From positions 30,244 to 94,243 of the forward strand of contig MFPD01000019.1 in NCBI GenBank assembly GCA_001784115.1: DNA of 64,000 nucleotides. The letters run 5' to 3'. Made by a program: the position numbers and the translations under genes. The notes beneath the pieces were generated by a model that had not been told where the DNA came from, did not search any database, and was given only the letters and a program-made list of their open reading frames with translations. Origin of the DNA: Candidatus Levybacteria bacterium RIFCSPLOWO2_02_FULL_37_18. GTDB taxonomy: Bacteria; Patescibacteriota; Microgenomatia; Levybacterales; UBA12049. Every line of letters begins with the position of its first letter. Within the stretch, counting starts at the first letter, position 1. Positions 58,006 to 64,000 of this stretch are shown piece after piece.

Positions 58006-58632
58006 TCAAATTCCCGGATATAACACTTTTAATCTGTTTTCTTCAATACCTAAAATTTCCATTGCGTCCTTTTTTGTTGCTTCTGAAATACAGAAAATCA
58101 TATCTGATTCTTTTTTTACCCATTGTAATTTTCTTTTTTGAACATCAACGATTTTCTTATCTGTTTCGTTGGGAAATTTATAAACAATAGTGTCATATAA
58201 AATAGTAGCTTTTTTTGCTTTTAAAACAGGCGGTTCTGTCCAGTCGGAAGAAATAAACAAATCTACATCTCCAATAAGCCACTCGATCGGAAAAATATGA
58301 AATTTGTTCCAAAGTATATCAAGAAAAGAAGGGGGTATCTTGAATTTTTTTATTTGAACATTATGATTTGATTGAAAATTGAAAATTGAAAATTGAAAAT
58401 TTCTTCTCATGCTTGAAAAAAATAATACGTATTCATTTTTTGTATCCAACTCAATTACGTTTTGAACCAAATTACGAAGATACTCCGAAACTCCTGTTTC
58501 TTCATAGGCTATTTGCGAAACATCAATTCCTATTTTCATTTTTTTCGATAAAAGAATAGTTGTTGGATGATTGACAAGAGAAAAAAAGCTGCCGCGTACC
58601 AAACAAGACGTTCTGCGGTAAAAAATATCCAT
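58006..58632 (-). pseudogene. Truncated GT4 paralog (N-terminal Rossmann half only); tandem partial duplicate of the downstream GT4 gene
   Basis: The 208-aa ORF ends ...LKVLYPGI*, at the position equivalent to VVVTYPGI in the 56843..57985 gene. It has the same heptamer-derived NFQFSIFNFQ peptide. The likely start is MKIGIDVSQ (~58539). Confidence 0.5.
58366..58401. repeat. Tandem heptamer repeat (ATTGAAA)x4 in frame inside the truncated GT4 paralog
   Basis: atttgattgaaaattgaaaattgaaaattgaaaatt, encoding NFQFSIFNFQ. Confidence 0.9.
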
Positions 58633-58763
58633 GAATAAAAAAGCGGCATTGAAAAAAATAAGGATAAAAGACCTAAAACCGTTACTAGTTCTACGTCTCT
58701 TTTTATTATCAATAATAAAAAAACAGCGAGAAATACTATATCCTGAGGCTTCATCTTATTCAC
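58536..58763 (-). CDS. Small hydrophobic protein (2-3 TM)
   Basis: 75-aa ORF. Its stop overlaps the probable start of the truncated GT4 (ATGA). Confidence 0.3.
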   Translation of the reverse strand: MNKMKPQDIVFLAVFLLLIIKRDVELVTVLGLLSLFFSMPLFYSWIFFTAERLVWYAAAFFLLSIIQQLFFYRKK

Positions 58764-59739
58764 TGAAATATTTGAGATCGAATTTTTTTTCTTTTCTGCT
58801 TAAGAGATTAATCAGCAAATCTGCCAAAAATCCGGTGAAAAGAACTTGTAATCCGGTCAATACCAAAAGCATTCCCAAGAATAAGATTGGCCTGTTTCCT
58901 ATTCCCTGCCCTCCCAGCTTAATCATCGCAAGATATAAAAGAATTACCGAACCTACAAAAAATAAAAACCCTCCTATAACTCCAAAAAAGTGCAATGGTC
59001 TATCCCCATAATGAGACAAAAACAACATAGTAAATATATCCGGCAAATCTTTCCATAATTTTGAAAAACCGTATTTTGATTTCCCGAATTGTCGCTTGGA
59101 ATGCAAAACAGGTTCTTCAGTAACACGATAGGCTTGTTGATGAAGAAGCAACGGAATAAATCTATGCAATCCCCCATACAGGTTAAGTGATTTTGCCGCT
59201 TCTGATCTGTATACTTTTAAACCGCAATTATAGTCATGAAGACGCAACCCCCAAAATATCCTGGCTGATGCATTAAAAATTTTTGAAGAAATTACTTTTT
59301 TTACGGGATCTTTTCTATTTTTTCTCCATCCACAGACAACATCCCAACCTTTTTCTAACTTCTCCAGTAATTTTGGGATATCCTGCGGCTGATCTTGTAA
59401 GTCTGCGTCTAACGTTGCAATATATTCGCCTTTAGCTTTCTGAAAACCTAACGTAAGTGCTTCGGATTTGCCTAAGTTTCTTCGGAAGGAAAACACAATA
59501 ACATTTGTATCTTTTGAAGCTAACTCCTGAAGTTTTTTTAACGAAGAATCAGTCGATCCATCATCTGCAAAGATAATTTCATAATCTTGCAGATTTTTAA
59601 GAACGGAAATAAGCTCTTGATAGAGCTTTAAAATGCTTTCTTCCTCATTTAAGATTGGAATAACTACGCTAAGCACATTCATTATATATTGTAACATTTC
59701 ATACTTAAGAAGCCAAATTGAAGAGCTAGCGAACCTCAA
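58756..59739 (-). CDS. GT2 polyprenyl-phosphate glycosyltransferase (DPM1/GtrB-like)
   Basis: A GT-A domain (VVIPILNEEESI ... IFADDGSTD ... TLDADLQD) plus two C-terminal TM helices. The likely start is MNVLSVVIP (~59682). Confidence 0.75.
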   Translation of the reverse strand: MRFASSSIWLLKYEMLQYIMNVLSVVIPILNEEESILKLYQELISVLKNLQDYEIIFADDGSTDSSLKKLQELASKDTNVIVFSFRRNLGKSEALTLGFQKAKGEYIATLDADLQDQPQDIPKLLEKLEKGWDVVCGWRKNRKDPVKKVISSKIFNASARIFWGLRLHDYNCGLKVYRSEAAKSLNLYGGLHRFIPLLLHQQAYRVTEEPVLHSKRQFGKSKYGFSKLWKDLPDIFTMLFLSHYGDRPLHFFGVIGGFLFFVGSVILLYLAMIKLGGQGIGNRPILFLGMLLVLTGLQVLFTGFLADLLINLLSRKEKKFDLKYFSE

Positions 59740-61300
59740 ACACTGCTATCTTGCCGAATCGACGTGTTTGGTTAAGCCATGAAAGAGAGTCAAGCAAGTC
59801 TATGCTCTTTTGATATTTCATTTCGTCATATTTCCTGTCAGTAATAAATAGTTCCTTTTGTGAATCAAGGGGAACAATTACAAATATAATGTTGTTGTCA
59901 TTCATTATCTCTCTGCCTTTTCCCGAATTAAGCGAAAACAGTATCTTATCAAGATCATTCGTTTTAAATATATTTTCCGCTGAAATTGCTTCTATCTTTT
60001 TTGAGGAAAAGCCGTATCTCTGTCTTGCCGGAACCCATAATGTCTTAAATGAATCAGGTTGCGAAATAAGATAGTCTTTAAGCTCTACATATTCTTTCGG
60101 AACTGTATGCGTTACAAATGTTCCTCCGAGTCGATGGAAAACCGCTTGACGGATTGTAAAAATCCAAAAAATAATAAACAACAATGGCAATAACTGAATT
60201 TTTTGAATTTTAAGCTGTAATTTTGAATTCAACCAAGTTTGTATGGAATTAACCGTATAGGGAATTAAAATACTATAAGAAAGAACAGTTAATACGTACC
60301 ATTTAGTGGCATCGCGAAATAAGCTCATCCCGGGAATAGATGTAAACGCAAACGTGTTGATAAAAGAAAACGGCTCGGATGCCCCTTTTGCTAAAAACGC
60401 ACCCAGAATACCAAGTATTGAAACATATAACAGCATAATCTTTTTCTCTCGTTGTTCTTTATCAAGAAACAAAAGAGATGCGAAGGCAACAATAGGTATT
60501 ACGATAAACTCGGGTTGCAAAAAATATGCTTTCCCGAAAAGATTCTCCGGCCAGTTTGGATGCAGTAAGGCTATCGTATGAGAAAAGTCCGTAAAACTAT
60601 AAAATCGAAATCCTTCTAGGCTATCAAAGTTCTTAAGCGGAATGGTCGCCTTTCCAGTCAAAAAAGGAAATATCCAAAAACTGTTTATAGCTATCGAAGT
60701 TAAAATGCTAAAAAGAAGGGAAATAAGTTTTGTAATTTTTTTTAATACAAAAATGTAAGCCAAAATTGCCACCACAAGAATATAGGCAATTCTGGGATCA
60801 AACATTGTTAAAATTCCAAATGATATAGCAAAGGGAACTATTTCCCTACCATCCAGAAATAGTTTTAATACTAACGGTGCCAAAGCATACGCCAGAGCAA
60901 CCCCCATTTGTCCTCCACCGACTACCATTAATATATATGTGTTAGTTACATAGATTAAAACTCCAATCCACGAGCGTGTAAGACAGTAAGAAGAAACTAT
61001 TGAGACGAGTAAAAATGGCCAGAACCACAAGAGTCTTTCGGCAAACTCCCAGGGTATACCAAAGTATTGAACAAGGATTTTTGTCGGAATTTGATAATAT
61101 AATCCAAGCCATAAATTATGAACATCCGGGATAAAAGAAAATTCTTTAATATTTTCTAAAAATAAATAGGGAAAATCTCCGCTTGAAAGGGCAGAAAATG
61201 GTAAAAACCATGAAGAAAATATAAATCCGATATACGCAATAATTACAAGAATTCCATATCGCATACTATTGACTTTCCCGAAGCGAGAATACCTTAACAA
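59726..61300 (-). CDS. Polytopic integral membrane protein (candidate GT-C-type or polymerase-like partner of the GtrB-like enzyme)
   Basis: 524-aa ORF with ~12 predicted TM helices. Confidence 0.45.
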   Translation of the reverse strand: MLRYSRFGKVNSMRYGILVIIAYIGFIFSSWFLPFSALSSGDFPYLFLENIKEFSFIPDVHNLWLGLYYQIPTKILVQYFGIPWEFAERLLWFWPFLLVSIVSSYCLTRSWIGVLIYVTNTYILMVVGGGQMGVALAYALAPLVLKLFLDGREIVPFAISFGILTMFDPRIAYILVVAILAYIFVLKKITKLISLLFSILTSIAINSFWIFPFLTGKATIPLKNFDSLEGFRFYSFTDFSHTIALLHPNWPENLFGKAYFLQPEFIVIPIVAFASLLFLDKEQREKKIMLLYVSILGILGAFLAKGASEPFSFINTFAFTSIPGMSLFRDATKWYVLTVLSYSILIPYTVNSIQTWLNSKLQLKIQKIQLLPLLFIIFWIFTIRQAVFHRLGGTFVTHTVPKEYVELKDYLISQPDSFKTLWVPARQRYGFSSKKIEAISAENIFKTNDLDKILFSLNSGKGREIMNDNNIIFVIVPLDSQKELFITDRKYDEMKYQKSIDLLDSLSWLNQTRRFGKIAVFEVR

Positions 61301-61610
61301 TAACTGCCGCCCATAACAAAAAGTAAATTACAATTCCAAAAAATTCTGCAAGATTTATAAAATTCAATAAAGTTAAAATGAGGGAAAAGATCAAAAGAAA
61401 AATGGAAACGTAGAGAATAGTTCTGCCTTTTTTTGGCGGAAATAAAAACAGAAATAAAAATATATAAACTAACCATATTTTGTTGGCGACTAAAATATTT
61501 AAATAGGGGGTTTCGCGAAAAAATAGTGATATGAGTAAAATAGATAAAATAAATACAGTTTTTGTGTTTGAAAGATGCATTAATTTTTCCCTCCTTTTCT
61601 TGTAAACCAA
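61266..61610 (-). CDS. Small 4-TM membrane protein (GtrA-like size and topology)
   Basis: 114-aa ORF. The alternative-frame ORF 61294..61620 looks spurious. Confidence 0.35.
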   Translation of the reverse strand: MVYKKRREKLMHLSNTKTVFILSILLISLFFRETPYLNILVANKIWLVYIFLFLFLFPPKKGRTILYVSIFLLIFSLILTLLNFINLAEFFGIVIYFLLWAAVIVKVFSLRESQ

Positions 61611-63985
61611 ATAAGTCCAATTATAGTTATTGCGCTAAAAAGCGTACCAAGCATGAAAACTTTTTGAGGTTTGTATTCCAAGCTTACAGAGTAAGATCCT
61701 TTTTTATTAATAAGCCATCCGTTTGCATACCCATTTATTCTAAGATGAGTATTATCAAATCCTGATAATTTCCACCCTTTGTCAAAACGTTCTGAAAATA
61801 TCACTACTGCAGCGTCAGAATAAGTGGCGAATGACACCCTGTATTTTGTTGGGTTAATTTTTTCAGCATGAATTTCTTTTACGATTTCCTGTTTTTTATT
61901 TTTCGTGTTAAGGGCAAAGGTCGGATATAAAATCTCATTAACTTTAAATTTCAATTTTCTATTTACCAAATCACCGGTAAGAACTTTAGAGCAAACCCCA
62001 ATTTCAATTCCTTTCGTTGCTGGCTGAGCCTTAATAAGTTCGCTAAACTCTTCATTGCTTAAGCCAGTCTTGAGTTTGACTATGTCAATAAGGTTTTTCT
62101 CCTTTTCTTTTATTTCCCAAGCGTAAAAATATAAATCTTCCGAAAAATCATTTGTGTAATTTATCAATACCCTATATGTTTTTTGCGACACTACACTTAT
62201 GAGTTTTCCGATAAAACATGTATTTTCAAGATTTATATTAAATTCAGTTTTACTTTCTTTCAGTTCCCCAAGATTATTAGGAAGTTGGGGGAAACTCAAC
62301 AGCAACTGATGCATACCACTAGATAGATGTAGTGTCCCAAATGAAAACCATTCGTTACCAATAATAGCCGGATTAATTTTTATTTCCTTTGTAGTTGTTC
62401 CGTCTATGTCTACAATAATTTTTTCATTTTCTTTTAAAACGGGCATTAGTTTATCTTTTTTTACCAACAGCTCAAAATCTTCTTCTTTCTTAATTGACAC
62501 CTGATACAAACGGTTGTTTGTAATATCAAGCTTAAAAAGATACCGGTCTATATTAGCAATTACGGATGCTATTCTCTGGAATGTCCTTCCAAAAATAGAT
62601 ATCGGCAGTCCGTTGGTTATATTTGTCCCAAGAATTGGAAGAATATAATTTTTTTGTGCTTCCATGTAGTAATTTATATCGTCTGCTACTTGAATTTTAT
62701 CTTCATATTTTTCAATACGATTAAAGTTGACTATAATATCTTTTAGCACTGCATCATACCGCGCAAATACCGCATCCGATTGCGATTTGTTATATTGCAA
62801 GGTATCTTTTAACTCACTAACTCTCTTTAATGAGATGCCTATACCGTTATAAACAGCAGTTTTTGGATCCATGGTTTTTATTTGTAAATTTTCTCTTAAA
62901 ACTACTAAGGGGTAAAATGGAGAATCTGGAAGAATGTTAAGCCTGGGAAACCTTACAACCGGTTTATTTTTATTTGGACAGTTAATGCATTTTGGAACAT
63001 AGAAATTACCAGACAGTTCGTTTGGGATTTCAATGGAATTTAAAATATTGCTATCACCGGCAATTAAAAAATTAGTATTATCAGAAAAATCATAATGATT
63101 AACAATATCCTTCACCGAACCGTCTAAAGAATCAATCTTTTCACTGACAAAAATTGGTCCCTTTAGATTTATGGTATTAATTTTGAATATATCCCACTGT
63201 CCTATCTGTTTTTCCAGGGGAAATTGAAACGTATCATGAAGTACTTTTCGATAAATCTGCTCGTCTGTAGAAATTGCCGAGTTTGAATCAGAATAAGAAT
63301 CATGCTGTAATACCAGATATTTTACTTGTAGGATTGATGAAAACTTTCGTAAAAGATGTTTATCTCCTGCCGCAATTGCCTTGTACAATTGAGTAATTAA
63401 TTCTCGTTCTTCGTCATTTATCCTATCGTTATTAACGATTACTGATTTGTTGCTTAGTAATGACGGTATAGATTGAAAGCTAAGATATCCCCATTTGTAC
63501 ATGCTTTGTTGGGATTCCGTGCTGTTGGGTGGCAACAGTAAAACCCTCCCATCATCTTGCTTTTCCTCATTAAGCCACTTCCCAAAATCAAATACATAAG
63601 AGGGTACATCCAAACGTGTAGAAAAATCCTTTCTCCAGGAGAAAAAATCTCCGGTAAAGAATGGAAAATGATAGAGTAACCCTACTATAATAAGGAGGAC
63701 AAATATAAACTTCTTAAGACTGCCCTTAAAAAAGTCGACAAAATATGCAATCAGAAAACTGCTTGCAAGAAATATTGTGGGCGCAAACTTAAAATATGGA
63801 CTTCGAAACGCAGCAGACCCCGGAATAATTCTCATAAATTGCTCGTATAAAAAACCCGTTGGCGGGTGAGTACCGGCGACAAAAAAAATGCCGATCAGGT
63901 AACATAAGAAGAAAAATAAAATTATCTGAAGTTTATCTCTTCTTTTATACAGAAGTACAACAATTCCAATAAGAATTGGCCACAA
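61580..63985 (-). CDS. Large membrane protein (N-terminal multi-TM region, large soluble region, C-terminal TM); the start may lie at or beyond 63985
   Basis: 801-aa ORF. The frame is still open at the window edge, and the first residue in the track corresponds to a TTG. Confidence 0.45.
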   Translation of the reverse strand: MWPILIGIVVLLYKRRDKLQIILFFFLCYLIGIFFVAGTHPPTGFLYEQFMRIIPGSAAFRSPYFKFAPTIFLASSFLIAYFVDFFKGSLKKFIFVLLIIVGLLYHFPFFTGDFFSWRKDFSTRLDVPSYVFDFGKWLNEEKQDDGRVLLLPPNSTESQQSMYKWGYLSFQSIPSLLSNKSVIVNNDRINDEERELITQLYKAIAAGDKHLLRKFSSILQVKYLVLQHDSYSDSNSAISTDEQIYRKVLHDTFQFPLEKQIGQWDIFKINTINLKGPIFVSEKIDSLDGSVKDIVNHYDFSDNTNFLIAGDSNILNSIEIPNELSGNFYVPKCINCPNKNKPVVRFPRLNILPDSPFYPLVVLRENLQIKTMDPKTAVYNGIGISLKRVSELKDTLQYNKSQSDAVFARYDAVLKDIIVNFNRIEKYEDKIQVADDINYYMEAQKNYILPILGTNITNGLPISIFGRTFQRIASVIANIDRYLFKLDITNNRLYQVSIKKEEDFELLVKKDKLMPVLKENEKIIVDIDGTTTKEIKINPAIIGNEWFSFGTLHLSSGMHQLLLSFPQLPNNLGELKESKTEFNINLENTCFIGKLISVVSQKTYRVLINYTNDFSEDLYFYAWEIKEKEKNLIDIVKLKTGLSNEEFSELIKAQPATKGIEIGVCSKVLTGDLVNRKLKFKVNEILYPTFALNTKNKKQEIVKEIHAEKINPTKYRVSFATYSDAAVVIFSERFDKGWKLSGFDNTHLRINGYANGWLINKKGSYSVSLEYKPQKVFMLGTLFSAITIIGLIWFTRKGGKN

Positions 63986-64000
63986 AAAACTAATGGCAAT

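Noticed and set aside
9322-58401. CRISPR array interpretation of the short tandem repeats
   Set aside because: The units are 7 nt with no spacers, and they are embedded in frame in coding sequences. No cas genes are present.
61294-61620. 108-aa ORF overlapping 61266..61610 in another frame
   Set aside because: It is an AT-rich, non-membrane-like frame. The 61266..61610 frame gives a coherent 4-TM protein, so this one is judged spurious.
1-64000. Alternative genetic code (UGA recoded, as in some uncultivated lineages)
   Set aside because: Conserved genes terminate cleanly at TGA, TAA and TAG. Examples are ftsW at TGA 871-873, trpC at TGA and aroC at TAA. Full-length orthologous proteins are obtained with the standard code.

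Overview
This window is a low-GC (~33%), densely packed bacterial chromosomal segment. Apart from a three-gene plus-strand cassette, every confidently called gene is on the minus strand. Reading in the minus-strand transcription direction it contains four blocks.

1. A cell-envelope and glycosylation cluster (63985 to 44857): an initiating sugar-phosphate transferase, ManC, several GT4, GT2 and GT-C glycosyltransferases, an acetyltransferase, and a Gtr-like small-membrane / GtrB-like / polytopic-membrane module.
2. A complete trpEGDCFBA operon preceded by what I read as a tryptophan-specific T-box riboswitch.
3. A complete shikimate/aromatic operon: DAHP synthase, aroB, a fused aroA-aroK, aroE, aroD, aroC, chorismate mutase, and a fused prephenate dehydrogenase-dehydratase. 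It is followed by a 647-aa hypothetical membrane protein, recO, glyQS and purF.
4. A dcw/peptidoglycan cluster (mraZ-rsmH-ftsL-ftsI ... murE-like-pgeF-murC-murB-murA, a split glmU, glmS, murF, a DegT aminotransferase, FemAB, mraY-ftsW-murG). It is interrupted by a plus-strand cassette encoding a PolB-like exonuclease, a triple Topo-I-type zinc-ribbon protein and a glutaredoxin.

Two families of small repeats stand out. The first is a palindromic MITE/REP-like element, with hallmarks GTCATTGCGAGG ... GCAATCTC ... TCGCAATGAC and a GTCATYCTGAAC ... TTCAGAATC variant. At least 12 copies fit exactly into intergenic spacers of the aro and trp operons. Some supply stop codons or terminal residues of flanking genes, and two lie in-frame inside coding sequences (aroA and a GT4 gene). 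The second is a tandem heptanucleotide repeat (plus-strand units such as GAATTTT, TTTGAAA, GGAAATT, TTGAAAA). It is inserted in-frame in seven otherwise conserved genes (glmS, rsmH, trpD and four loci in GT4 genes), where it encodes F/K/N/Q/S/I-rich peptides.

All coordinates for small motifs are read by eye from the numbered sequence and may be off by 1-2 nt.
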